This document shows, piece by piece, positions 1 to 13,398 of a stretch of DNA of 64,000 nucleotides. Position numbers and translations under genes: made by a program. Positions within the stretch are counted from its first letter, which is position 1. Every line of letters begins with the position of its first letter. The DNA comes from Cycas panzhihuaensis. Its lineage: Eukaryota; Plantae; Cycadophyta. The stretch spans positions 79,553,741 through 79,617,740 of the forward strand of contig CM041465.1 of the NCBI GenBank assembly GCA_023213395.1, read 5' to 3'. The notes under the pieces were generated by a model. It searched no databases. It worked only from the letters and a program-made list of their open reading frames with translations, and was not told the DNA's origin.

Positions 1-1850
1 ATCTGGTAATATATCAAGATTTCTCTCTCTCCTAGTCCTCACACTTGATTCATCCTATATTTATAGTGGAAGACCCACTCAATCCAAGGAACTATAAAAC
101 CATAATAGAAGGTCATAGTATGGCCAAACTTTATGCTAAAACTCTTGACAATCATCTTTTCACACTAGTAAAGCATTTTAGTTTCCCTAATTAGGGTCAA
201 GTAGGCTTTAGGAGAGATAATTAGTCTATAGATCATAGTTTTACTCTTTAAGCAGCTATTACGGAGGTTAAAGTGAGGAGCTTGATAGTCTATTGATCTT
301 TTCAAAGCATTTGATACTATTCCACAACACCTATTGTTTCATAGACTATCAAAACTTCGTGTCTCTACTAGTTTAATACATGTCATTATAAGGTTATATG
401 AACTTGCGAGAGGTACCATATGCATTCCACTCAGCATCATTGATTATATATACAACACAGTAAGGGTCGGATAGGGATGTCCTATTTCTCCTACACTCTC
501 TGGTTTATACATTGACGATGTATACCAATTACTTAGAGATACTCTCCTAGATGTGGACGCCCTACTACATCGTGTCATTATACCTCTTCTTTTACTTGTA
601 GATGATATTTTTCTTCAAGCCTCCTCTCTTAAGAGATTCTAGGCAATGTTGGTCAACTTAGCTAGTTTATGTGACTCCAATAGCTCATAGTTAATCTCAA
701 AAAACTAATTGTTATGGTCCTCACAAGTAGAGAATTGCATTTGCTTATGTTCACCTAGAAAGGCAAACAAGTCCCCAATACTACTACTAGTGTTTACTTG
801 GGAGTTACTTTAATAGGACTAGCACTTTCTTTCAGACAAGCGACTCATACTAGGCTAAAGTTCATGCTTCTCTTTCTCTTCTTGAGAGAAGTTGCTTTCA
901 ACCACATTTCCAAGACACCCTATCCAAGATGGACTTATTTGATGCTTTGGTTTGTCTCACTATACTTTATGGCTCAAAAGATTAGGGACCATCTCCAGAT
1001 TCTCCTAAATGGGCAAGAATCAAATGGGTGCAAACTCTCCTCCTCCAACATATCATCTAGTGTAAAAACCCAATTCCACAATGTATTATACAAGTTCAAT
1101 TTGATGTCCATCTACTCAAATTGGATATTATTTTTTGTATAGATTATTATTTTACCAACTTTAAAGCATGGTGGATTCCACTAGAAAAATATGATAGGCA
1201 TCCATTCTTGGCATTTGTCTCTTTCCAATCTCTCCACTGAGTGAGAAAGATGAGTTCATATGGAGGCAATATTTTTACTTCCTTCTTAGCATTGGTATCA
1301 CTTTAGGGAGACTTCCACCCTTACAATTTACTGGGGTTGCCCAATTGTAAACTCCAACTATGCAAAAGTGAACAAGTATATTAGGGAAGACATCTATCGA
1401 GCATACCTCCAACATACATGGATCTTGCCTAGGGACCCTTTGAGTCCCAAACTATCACATTATGATAAGATCTTCCTTCAAATCATAGATAGTAACATTA
1501 TCCTACACTATTAATTCAAGAATAATTGCTCACATGGTCTTCAGATTTTGTTAGGTTAGATTTAGGTTTGGTCCCATTAGCTTAAGGTTGAGAGGGACCA
1601 TCATACCCAGAGGTTTGAGAGGGTTTTCCCATTATGTCATCTTGAACACAAAATAGGAGACCATTTTATATTTTGTTGCCCAATGTTATTAGAAATAAGA
1701 GGGTGCTTTTGGTGCCTCTTTAGAGACCCAAGACAATCGCTATTAGTGTTCTTTAGATATCACGATCAATGATGTCTCTCTATATATTTGGAAGGCCTCA
1801 TCCAACCATACACAAGTACTAGGTTCAACGAACTAGAAAACAAAGTCTAA
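1..1850 (+). mobile_element. Degenerate non-LTR retrotransposon ORF (RT plus C-terminal Cys/His finger), non-L1, RTEX-like; 5' part lies outside the window
   Basis: Manual translation across stops gives P.NYKTI..GHSMAKLYA (~80-140), Q.GFR...DH.FTL (~200-250), F.KAFD (~300), GCPISPTL.GLYID (~475-515) and .DD (~600). The C-terminus reads about LKVERDH..RFERV.PLCHLE...HFIFCCP (~1580-1685). The 3' end position is approximate. Confidence 0.75.
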
Positions 1851-4091
1851 CTAGACCATTACTTATTTTTCCTAGGTAGTGTAAACTCCTAAATAAAATA
1901 AGATATTACCTAATTTAGTCCTTTTTTAGTGGATGGCATGGAGACAAAGATCTTACCATATGACATCTAGTAAGTAGTAGCTAGCTTGCCCACAATGGCA
2001 AATGATACATCCACACACTTTGGGTAGAAATCTAGCTATCTCACATTTCTTCTAGTCCAAATAAGGTGGTCCAACCTTGCATATTAGGAGAAAGAGTGTT
2101 ACAACTTATACAACAACAACCTTCTCTATGAAGCCTAATGATATTGTTGGTTCTATTCCTGCAACCATTAGAGACTTCTCAACTTGGTTGAGGCCTTTCA
2201 TTGACTTTCATTTTCCATCTACGAATGAGCGACCTAATGTACTAGATGTTTGCCAAATGTTTTACATCTACATGCTCTCTTTCATATGTTTTGAAGGTTA
2301 ATTCTTATTTCCCAACTTGTGAGACTATGTTTAGATAGAGATACTTTTTGAACTCATTGATTAACTTCGTTACATTTAATACATTGTATTTGCTCATATA
2401 GTCATATTAACCTTTTTGTTTATTTGCAGACATTAGTATAATTTCATTTCCATTTCATTGTGCCTAAATAATTCATATCAATTATGTCTAATGAATTGCT
2501 TATTTTGTACGTTATGTTGATATTTTGGATGTTTGGAGGATATTTTTTTAAGGAAAATTAGACATTTATATAGCAAACCGCAACTAGGGTTGCGTCGTTA
2601 ACATTATTCAAGAATAAACACCAAACCCTAACAATAGCATCCTTAATAAATTTTACAAAAAGTCTACCTTTTGTCTTCAAGATGGGAAACCATATCAATA
2701 AAATCAACAATAGTCGCTAACCTAAACATGTGAACTCTACTAGTTCAAGAAAAAATACAAACCTTCAATGAATGAATTGGAGAACTACCATCTCCAACAG
2801 GAATCTCCATTGATGGACTATAACGAGAATCCATGTTGCGAAAGAAGCTGCAAACACATAATTTTCTTAGAACGATAGAACCTATCGCACTCTGGAAATA
2901 TTAACACTAAATTATTAGTTCAAGTAATAAACTATTTTTAAAATCGATGCAAGTGTAATAAAACATGTATATGTTAATAGACTGATCAAATATTGGTGAC
3001 TAAAGGTCAATGTTGAACTTCAAAATCATTAATTGATGTAAAAAGTAAAACCATAAACAACCACTATGATATTTGGTACAAGATTGAAAAACAATTATGG
3101 TGAAATTTGGTGTTACAAGTTAAATTATAGAAATGCAAAATATTTTTATAATTTCTTTTCCAAAATGAACAAACTAAAGGGTAGGAAGTGCAATGAGATC
3201 AATCAAAATGAAACCTCATAATCATCCTTAAAGAGATATAGACTTGACAATATTATTCCTGGCGAGCTAACAAAGCTTGAGTATGGATTTCATGCATTCA
3301 AAAAACCATATCTCTAAAGTAAGATCAACTAGTGAAGAGCACTTGCTTTCACCACATCAATAAGAAATTCAACTCTCATAGGGGATGGACTTGAGCCACC
3401 ACCAAATCTAATATAAAAGGACAACACAAGTTCACAAAAAATTCAATCAAAATTTTTTTGGTGCATCCTAAATTTTGTCATGTTTTAGTAAATTATTAAT
3501 TTATATTCAGTGCATTACCATATTAATTAATGCATACTCATGAATACCAAAGATATTGAGTATGATAAAATTTAGCAAAGGGAAAATTGAATTGGAATAT
3601 GCAAATTTGAAGCCTTCCCATTTATTCTACAAGCATCTAAATTGAAACCAATGACCATTTGAAACAAGATTCTAGAACACCTATAGTCATTTTCGCAATA
3701 GATATATCCACAAGCCCAAATCTTCCATGTGTATGTTTAGTGTAATTGGGAATATAACAATATAATGTACAAAGCTCCAAATCACTATTGAAACATAATT
3801 AAACGGTAGAATCTTTTGTCTACTTTTCAACAATACAAGTTTCATAAAAAATTGGGTTTATATGTGTGCGTGTGAGAGAGAGATAATAAATCAAGTGAAG
3901 AATACCAAAATCATATATTCAAATGGCTTTGTCATCTCACCGCATGCGACTTTGATCTCCCCAATAGCCATTAAGGTGGTTAGTTCACCTATATTTAAAT
4001 CCATTTGGGGTGCTTGGGATGATTGCAAGAAGTGGTTGGTTTGGAAGGAGATGAGTCAAGGAAAGGGTTGTCTTTCAGGGAGCGCACAATA

Positions 4092-4507
4092 TGATGGTCA
4101 CCTATTATTATTAAGGATGGGCTATGCCTTGTCAACTCGATGAGAAGTCACACATAACCTAGGTTATGATTTCACCTATCGATGTGTTTAATGTAAATAA
4201 TAGAATTAACATGGGGCAAGTATACTTTATGTAAATAACAAACATAACTGAGCAAAGGACTATGATTAAGTTGGGTTTTGTAGTTGAATTAATTAGTTAA
4301 GGTTGGTTGGGATAGTTTCAATTAGCTAGAGTTAATTAATGAAGAGTTAGTGACTACTTAAAACTACTTTATCTTATTGTGAAAGTGTAGTATTTCATAA
4401 TGAAATAGAAAGGAAGAAAGCATTCCCTCTCCTCTTTCCAATACTCAATATCTTGTCCACCCTCTATCACAAGACCAACCCTCCTTACTTCAAATAACAA
4501 TATAACA
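4092..4507 (+). mobile_element. Probable old LTR of a gypsy-like element
   Basis: TG...CA ends, a purine-rich tract (gggagcgcacaata) just upstream, a TGG 3 nt downstream, and AT-rich gttag/aattag repeats like other LTRs here. No partner LTR was found. Confidence 0.3.
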
Positions 4508-6095
4508 TTATGGTTGACGCACATGCAATGACAGTCATGAGACTTCTAAGAAATAAAGATCATAAACCCACACCAAATATCACAAAACAATAATCAATTG
4601 TTGAAGTAGGAATGCTAACCTTTTCTAGGGATAAAATTTTAAATTTTTAAAATTGAGTGTTTAGATAAGGTCCAAGTAAACAAAGCAAGTTTGCACGAGG
4701 TAGATAAGGCCCACAAAAATGGGCATATAGAGCAGTCTTGTGAGGAGGACCAAACATGATAGACTTGGGAAGTAGACCCAAGTAGAGGTTTGTATGACAA
4801 TAGAGAGAAAACTTTACATGTTAGTTGAGGTCAACAAGAAGAAGCAAGTAAATTAGATCTGTAAGCAAAGAGGATTCAAGCAAACATTAGCATAACGTCA
4901 AGGAGTAGAGAAGCCTAGGTTATTAAATTCATCTCAAATATTTGATCAAAGATGAAGTGGAATTTCATTCTTAGTGCATCTCAAAGTTGTGATCTCGATT
5001 GAGGTTTTCGTAGACCCTATGAGAACAACACACCCGATAATTATTACACGTAAATTTTAGTAGAGACTATGAATTTGCAAGAAGCAAAGCCTTTGCATAG
5101 TATACCTGGTAGGAAAGAGAACCTTGCACTATAGATATGACAAGGATGAAAAAAGGCAAGCTTGCCCAACAAAGAGAATGGGAGGATGCATGCGTGAAGA
5201 AAGAAGCCTTGCAACCCTATTCGATCCCAATGGTACCATGGACCTCTTTGCAAAATCCATGTGGGGTACAAACACACCTTATAGTAGTCTAATATAAATC
5301 CATCATTTCAGAATTTCCTATGAGGGCCCCAAAGAATGTAGTCTATTAATGAGGACATAGCATGGTACGATATCAAAAGCCTTTTAAAAATCTACGAAAT
5401 GGCAATAAAACTTTGAATAACAATCCTTAGTCTCCTCAACAATGGTCTTGAGGGTAAAAGTATGGTCCAATGTCAAGTGATCTTGAAGAAGCCCTAACTA
5501 ACATTTAGTGCCGAAGCCACCTTCACTAGCCAAATCCAAAATACAAGTATCAAGCATGGTAAATCATAACTTGGCAAACATATTACCAATCATATTTATA
5601 TTGTAGCACCCAAGAACTAAGGTATCCCTTATTTTGTAGAAAGTGCAAGCCTAGGGTCGCAATTCTTTGGATTTCCCATTAGTAGTAAAGATCCAATCCA
5701 TCCACAATAATGTGGGATGAATTAAAAATTCATAATGTAAACTACTAAACAAGGAGTAGGAAAGGGAAAAACTATGAAGGAATTGAATTTTCCCAAGTCC
5801 AAGATAAGAAATGATACATTCTAACAAACAAAAGAATCAGTACAGAAGGCTACTAGGATTAACTTGACACCCTTAGGTTCATGAAGGGGCATTATCCGTT
5901 AACCATGCATATGTAGCACCCCTTGTAGTGGGGTGCATTTTAAAGCTATAATAGGAAGTCTCCTTGTGTGTCGTGCACCTATTCATCTTACAAGTCATTC
6001 ACCAACGAATAAGTCAAGCACAAGGAACACCCATCATGATGCAAAACACAATATCATTAAGATAGGGAACTGCATCTGGTCCTCCCATAACCAAA

Positions 6096-6802
6096 CGTAG
6101 ACCCGGTGGTACACAAAAAACTGACTAGCCAATCAGGCCTACAACAATGAAACTTTTGCAAGACAATATTCAAACCCCTCCCATCCCATGTACATATACA
6201 TATTGTCCCATCCTTATTTATTTATAACATTTCAATGGTTTCAACCACTGTTGGTTACAACCGAGAACAACTAATAACGGTTGGCTCTTTACATCAATTT
6301 GTGTTCAAAAGTAGATCTAGATTACTCTTGAATTGTAGTCCTTAATTGCAATCTGCTCATAATTATATTCAAACTGTGATTAACTTGTAATCCTGACTGC
6401 GATTAGCTTGTACTTGCGGCCCTGATTGCGATCATCTCATACTTGTGGCCCCGATTGCGATAAGCTTGCAACCACGACCCAAACTGGAATTAGCTCGCAA
6501 CGACGACCCGAACCACGATCTACTCACACTCTCGATCCCAATTGCAATCGGCTTGTACTTGCGACCTAGGCTGCGATCTGCTCACAACCAACTACGATTA
6601 GCTCGCAATCATGACCTTGGCTGTTATTCGCTCATACTCGTGAATCGAGTCGCGATCTGCTCACAATCGCAATCCAGCTGCTATCTGCTCGTAGTCACTT
6701 CTCTCGACTACAATCTGCTCGTAGCCCGACTTCATCCATTTGCAGACTTACAAAATTTCAAAATTATTTCCAAAACTATGTGTGTAATTTTGCCCACACA
6801 CA
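6096..6802 (-). repeat. 3' LTR with internal ~22-bp CpG-rich tandem repeats
   Basis: Aligns to 13403-14191 (tagaccc..ggtaca...gcccacacaca). Repeated ctgcgatctgctcgca-like units at ~6340-6730. Confidence 0.92.
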
Positions 6803-6951
6803 TCTGCCCTGTCACAAAACCAACAAGTGCCTTCACTTGTTTGAAAAAAAAGGGGAAAAAATTCCTTCTCACCTATTCCTTCCCCTCCTCACCCCCCCAA
6901 AAAAAATAATAAACAACATCTATTCACATATCATTCAACTCTTTGTGCAAT

Positions 6952-8700
6952 CTATTCATTGTTTGTCGAATATAATTTGTATCTAGCCTTACAATAGTTG
7001 GCGGAATTCAAACTCCCTGTGACCAGCAACAATCCACAAGAATCGCAAGATCTCTTAGCACATCTAATTGCGCCAATTGTCAAATTTTCTCCCCTATGCA
7101 ACTTTTGAATCTCTTTTGTCACCTCATTGTACATTTGTTCCATCCTTGACAATTCTTGCCACAAGTGACATATCTTAGTCCAAAATTTGGTCACATGTTC
7201 TACATCTTCCTTTGTCTCAAGTATCCATGCACCCAACTTGTAAATTACTTTGTGTAATCTTGGAGGAATTTCCTGGTGAAAGCGGTATTTAAAAGCTTGA
7301 ACTTTAGAGGTAATCTCATCAATATTTTGTACCCAAGTCAACATAAATTTCTTCTTCCAAGCGAGCTTTTGTTGTTGCCAGCTTTTCTTCAAGTCTCTGA
7401 ATCCTTTGCATGTCTGACGGAGGTCTTATGTTCCTTTGTTCCATCTCTATCACGAGCTGCCTTGTTACCCTTGCTAGAAAGTCAGTCTTCCATTGCGATA
7501 CATCCTGTGGGTCACAACTCATCGGGTCTAGGCCTTCTTCCAAATAATCCTCTAATTGATCGAATTCTACCTATGGTGCCTGATTATTTAAAATTTTTAA
7601 AATTTCCTATCGTCTTTTCTCCATTGCTAATTTTTTCTTCCTCTATTTATTCTCTTCTTCATATTTCAACAGTTCAATTGTTCTTGTCTTTTTCTCCAAT
7701 TATTTTGCTCTCTCCTGACCCATGATAGGTTCCTCTTCCACCTTCCATTTCCCTTCTCTTATTTCCGCTTTCTTGTTCTCTTCTTCTTTTCTCTTATGAT
7801 ACTATGGCCTTACTCAGGTCTGCAAGTTCGCCTCTACTCGTAGTTTCTCCTCCATCTCTTCCTCATTTGTTGGACACAGCTGGGGAGTGCTCACCTGCCA
7901 CTATAGGTGGAGCCAGTTGCTGACCTATTCATGTAGTTTAGTCAATGGCAAAGAACCTTGTCCACGCTCTCTTGAACATAACTCTGTCCATTTTGCCAAT
8001 AAAGGTTGCCCTTCCTCAACCTCTAAATGTTGAAGTCTTGGGAACTATGAGAACAACAAACCTTGAAACAGAGTAGGATAAAAAAATAAGACAAACTAAG
8101 CAACACCTTTTATAGCTTCCAAAATTTTTAGGAATTTACTAGAGACAAACCTGGCCCAATTAAACTTTTGTCTTTCCGTAAACTTAATTAACATAGTGCG
8201 CAAGTGAGTGGGCACAAATGAATTCTTCTGTCCTAAAATTACTCTTGTAAATAGGAAATGAGTTGTCCACTACATTTCCTTGGATGAAATCCCCGAAATC
8301 CAAATTATCAAACTAGAAACATCAGATTCCTTTGCCCCAAATTCACGTGCTACTTGTTCCCTAGATATTTGCTTATCCTTGTAAATGTTTGGTCCTTCAT
8401 TAGGTAATCCCATTACCCTTGCAATTGCTTCCACCGAAAAATCCAACAGGGATGGTCGTTGTGCCACCATTGCAATTGCAGTTGAAAGAAAACTATATAT
8501 ATTCAGAAAAATGTCAACCAATACATGTTGGTTCAATCCCACAGTTGTCAACCTCTTCTTACATTCTTCCTTAGGCTTTTATTCTTGCCATTGCTTCCTT
8601 ATCTGATCATCATCCGATTCTCAAAAGGTAACTATCATTCGTTGCCATTTTCGCGCTTCTCCCTTTCACCTTGCTTGCTTAGCAATGTTTAGGCAATTTG
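6952..8700 (-). pseudogene. Extra 3' ORF (env-like/accessory) between integrase and the 3' LTR, fragmented, with a coiled-coil C-terminus
   Basis: ORF pieces 8270-8551 (LDFSVEAIARVMGLPNEG), FNWARFVS at ~8145-8165, and 7319-7543 and 6952-7392 (charged helical). Same strand as pol. Confidence 0.6.
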
Positions 8701-9033
8701 TTTATTTGTGCAATTTAATTAACATCAATCCTGAAAAAGAATTAGTTCACAATCGTTGTATTAATGCGTTCACCTCCCTTCTGTCTTGTTGCAATCATGG
8801 AAAGGCAATCATTTTAGATTGCGATCGGTTCGCTCTTTGTAACAGTCACATCCATATTCTTTTTGAATTCGATGCCACATCCTTAATTACTTCGCCGTAG
8901 GTCCACCTTCGAATGAGGAGGAAATTATTCCCTTAATTTTAACATCGATTGAAATCTGTTGATTGCACCTTTAATTAACTCCTCATGGGTTTGCCTTTCG
9001 ATGATGGCAACCATTACCACCTTATGTTTTTCA

Positions 9034-10217
9034 TCAATTTTTTTTTTTTAATCTCACTCTGTATGGCTTCAACCTGCTACCGTTTACCACCTTCAAAAGA
9101 ATTTTTCCATCAAGTTGTCTGAGTTGGACTGCCTCGTTCTTGTCAATGCAAATTACCTTATATGGCCCTAACCCATGTAATTTTAACTTACCCAATTTTA
9201 TCCAAAATTTAGTATCATACATCAACACCAAGTCACCCTCATAAAATTTTGGTACTCGTAAGTGTCGATCATGCCAGGCTTTTCATTGCTGTTTCTCGGT
9301 TTTCAATTCCCACAGTGCTCGTGCTCTTCTTTCATCTAGTTTCAACAACTCTGCGATCCTCTTGTTCGTTCATTCTTAGCTGGACAACTATCCAAAAGCT
9401 TTCTACTTAGAATTCTAATGGGAGTACCGCTTCTAAACCATAAACCAACTAAAAAGGTGTTTTCTTGTATGGTCGTTTAGTCATTGTCCGATCCGCCCAA
9501 ATAATAGAATGCAGTCGTTCTGTCCAATCCGTTCTTCCCTCATAGCAGATCTTAGATAGAGTTATCTTCATAATTTTATTGGTACTCTCCACCTGACCAT
9601 TAGCTCTAGGGTAATAGGGAGAAGATTGATAATGCTGAATCATGAGTTCGTTAGTCAAATGCTTTGTGGTACTATTTAAAAGACTACTACCCTAATCGTT
9701 CTAATGGACAACCAAAATAGACAATGATATTTTCATACAAGAATTTTGCAATACTCATAGCATCCCAATGCCTAAGGGATCGGGCTTCTATCCATTTCGT
9801 GAAGAAATTGGTGGCCACTAGTATATATCTAGCATTCGTCCGCTTTGTAGGAGGGCTTATTGGTCCAATGAAATCCAATCCCTATTTCTCAAAAAGCGCT
9901 TGCGCCAGAATCAAATGTAAGGGCATAAAATGACATTTGCCAGGTTTACCCACTCGCTGGCAAACATCACAGCTCTTTATATATTTTGCAGTATCTTCAA
10001 ATATTGATAGCCACCAAAAACCTGCTAATAAATTTTTTTGGATTGTGGGTTCCACACCTTGATGTTTGGTTGTGACTCCATGAGTTTCTCGTAGAATGCA
10101 TTGTACTTCATGTTCTAATATGCAACATCTCAACATACCATCTAGACCAAACTTATACAACATTCCTCGTATCAATTGGAAGGAAAAAGTTTTACGAATA
10201 AAACTTTGTCTTTCCAC
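9034..10217 (-). pseudogene. Gypsy integrase (zinc finger, core, GPY/F), no chromodomain
   Basis: ILRETHG...H...SCDVCQR; MDFIGPI...FTKWIEA; SPYYPRANGQVESTNK; LGPYKV...VNGSRLKPY. Confidence 0.92.
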
Positions 10218-10299
10218 TCATTCTAATCCTTTAGGTGTTTGTCCGATAGCCAAGTACTCTGCGATCCCTTCATACCATTTTGGTATGGCCTCCACGGAA

Positions 10300-11700
10300 A
10301 ATAATTGAGCATCAGGGAAATCGTCTGGTACTCTTGTAGCTGGTTCCCCATCCACTTACCTTGATAATACATCAGGTACAATATGTTTCTCTCCTTTCTT
10401 GACCACAATTTTGAAATTAGACTCCTAAAACAACATCAGCCATCTATTGATCCTGCCCTGTAGAATGGGTTTGCTTATCAAATATTTTAAGGCACGGTAA
10501 TCTATGTAGAAGATAAACGGGTTGGCTAATAAATAATGCCTAAATTTTTTGTAAGGAATAAACTATATCCAAGCCTTCTCATTCAGTAACTCAGTAATTT
10601 TTCTCGGCATGTATCAATTTCCTACTGGCAAAATGAATAAAAAAATCTATATTACTATCACCTGGTTGAGTTAAGATGCATCCAATTGCAAAATGAAGCA
10701 TCAAGATGCACATGAAATGATCGGTCCCAATCCAAAAATCTCAAAATGAAAGCTTTTGCGATTTTCTTCTTTAATAAATCAAATGCCTATTACTGTCGCA
10801 ATTCCAATTGCCAAGCAGTTTTCTTCTTGAGAAAATTCTCCAAAAGGTTTGCAATCTGTGCATATCCCTTAATGAATTTTCGATAATAACCTGTCATACC
10901 AAGAAAAGCTTTTACCTGCTTCATTGTTTTTGGTACGGAAAAATTTAAAATAATTGTTACTTTACCTGAATTTGTTTGTAATCCATCCTTACTCACGATG
11001 TGCCCCAATAAAGATTCAAAGGGAACCAAAAACGTACATTTTGTTGGATTCAAGCAGAGTTTACTCTTTTGATACATTTCTAACATCAATTACAGGTTTT
11101 CCAAGTGCTCCTTCAATAATGAATAAACTGTTCAATCATCTAAAAATACTTCAATTGACTTATAGATCGTCTGCCAAAAAATATTTAGAATTATCCTTTG
11201 GAAAGTGGCTAGCGTATTTGTCAATTCAAAGGGCGTAACTTTGTATGCATAAGTCCCCTACTCTGTAACAAACGTCGTCTTCAATTAGTCTTGTGATACA
11301 ATTCCAACTTGATTATATCCATTGAAACCATCTATAAACGAATATACTTCGTGTCCAACTACCTTTTCAAGAATATCTTCAGTGAACAGTATTAGAAATG
11401 GATCCTTCTTTGTTGCTTTGTTGAGGGCTCTATAATCTACAAAGACATGAAGTTTTCCATTCTTTTTGGGTACCACCACTACTGGACTCACTCATTCGCT
11501 AGTTTCGACTTCAAAGACATAGCCAACTTCTAGTAGTTTTTCCAATTCAACTTTTACCTTTTCCTTGTATTTTGGATTCATTTGATAGGGTCGATGTCGT
11601 ATGGGATTTGCTCTTTCCATCAATTCAATCCAGTGCTTTCCTAATTCCGATGGTATCCCTTTTAAATCTTAATAAGACCAAGCAAAAACATCTCTATATT
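10300..11700 (-). pseudogene. Gypsy RT and RNase H
   Basis: SPVVVVPKKNGKLHVFVDYRALNKAT; FIDGFNGYNQ; LLGHIVSKDG...FLGMTGYYRKFIKGYA. Confidence 0.92.
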
Positions 11701-12019
11701 CTAAAAATAAAATTGTAGTTTACTGGATAGTGTCCTTGTCCCAATAATCTCCCATCGAGATCATCTGGGAGTGTTCTTTCGTGCCCAAATTTATCTATTG
11801 AATTTTTAATTGTTCATTCTACACCGTTCTACCATCTTCATTCAATCTATATGTTGGTGTTTGGTCGACTACTCGACTTCCATATTCCATATTGGAATAT
11901 TCGCCAGGAAATTTGTGATCATTATCTACTACTTCAATTTTATTGCAATGTTGCTCAACCTCAATCCCAGAGGCACTCAACATTTCTAAAACTTGTGAAT
12001 CATGGTTATGATGCATAAA

Positions 12020-12460
12020 AGTTTTGCAAAAATTCCTTACTGAGCAAATCCCAATTTGTCTAACTTCATTTTTTCACAGTGATTATAACATAAACTTGAG
12101 ATTCCCTCAAGAGTCTGAGCCCATCTTTGCACCCATTCACCTTTTGGAACTTGCTTTCTTTTCCAGTTTTGTTCACAATTCTTTATATGAGCCATGGGAT
12201 CATCATTATGTCGAAAAGTTGACAATTCATTGTCTTGTTTTTGAAACCTTAATAAAAAAGTTTTGCACAATTCATTCCATGATTTGAAATTGGTACCATA
12301 AACAGAAAACCATATGGCAGCTTGATCCTCAAGAGACAATGGAAACAACAAGTAACAAAAATCTTCATGCTGATTATTATTCATTAACAATCAAGTACAA
12401 AACTCTATATGATTGTTTTCTTGGTTTACTTGGCCCTAAAATTTATTTCCCTTTGTAAAA
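12020..12460 (-). pseudogene. Two tandem Retrotrans_gag (capsid N-terminal)-like modules between protease and RT
   Basis: Module 1: KF*G...NHIEF...QHEDFCYLLFPLSLEDQAAIWF....FKSWNELCKTFLLRF. Module 2 follows directly: TFRHNDDPMAHIKNCEQNW...EWVQRWAQTLEGISSLCY. Confidence 0.7.
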
Positions 12461-12779
12461 CTTTCTTTCAAGTTCCTTATAATTTCTTCTGTTTGAAGAA
12501 TCACCACTTCATCATTTAAAATTACTTGATCTTTTGATTCTGGAGGGTCCATACATACTTCCAATTTGTAGCATGAAGCGGATTTTGTTTCACCCTAGGC
12601 ATTTTGTAACCAATTCATCATATATGTTGATGATGCACTACTTGGTAGGGTCAGTTGTAACTGATATTCAATTTCAAAACATGGGCTTACAGTGGGTTTT
12701 GATCCCACAGTTGTGGACAATGCTCGTTCCTCATCTGCTATTTTCTCAATATGAGGCTCGTCTGAGCATAACAATGGGG

Positions 12780-13227
12780 TCATAAGTTTGTTTCTGGCCT
12801 TTAATATAAATGTGAATTCTCCCCAATCTTGAATAGCCTTTGTGGCGAATAGCCATGGTCTAGCCAACAATGTTGGATAAGTTCTCTTTTCATTTTGCAT
12901 CTATACCACCACAAAGTCCAACAAGATAGTGATTCCTGCAATTGTGGTTGGTACATTCATCAACATTCCCATTGGTCTAACCTACAATTGATTGGCCAAT
13001 CTTATTGAATAATCTGGAGCAACCATTTCTAGCCTTCCCAATTCTATCCAAGAAGATTCAGGGAGTACATTAACTCTCAATCCCCCGTCCACGATTGTTT
13101 TGCATAGCATCGTCCCAAAAATGACAATTGGCACCCTCGAGTCAAACCCCCTATCTTTGACGACTCTCATCATATGTTTTTTATCTGGTCTAAGACCAAG
13201 TATTGAAAATAACCAACTTCCCACCAT
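12780..13227 (-). pseudogene. Aspartic protease
   Basis: KTIVDGGLRVNVLP...IRLANQ; LLDFVVV; YPTLLARPWLFATKAIQDWG. Confidence 0.85.
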
Positions 13228-13398
13228 TTGAATACAACAATAATGGGGATTGAGACTCCTAATTCAATTAACAAATCTTTAACCATTTGAAGCCTTTGCC
13301 ATGGATTCATACCTTCTTTTAGATGGAGTTTTTCGGAGGCTAATCATCGTTTATATGTCTGTCCTTTAAATCGCCCTTCATGCTGGGAGTCCAAGCTT

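Noticed and set aside
2540-2900. Short T-run plus hairpin (cgcaactagggttgcg) suggesting a SINE/LINE 3' end
   Set aside because: No TSD, promoter boxes or coding remnant could be identified.
4510-6095. Possible host gene or old gag/integrase remnant continuing at 14192-14320
   Set aside because: Only faint retroelement-like snippets (TIMWDELK; IIKALKINCYKLE) and no exon structure; too decayed to call.
6445-6909. 154-aa ORF, and similar ORFs at 13702-14090
   Set aside because: These are by-products of the stop-poor LTR tandem repeats and show no protein-like features.
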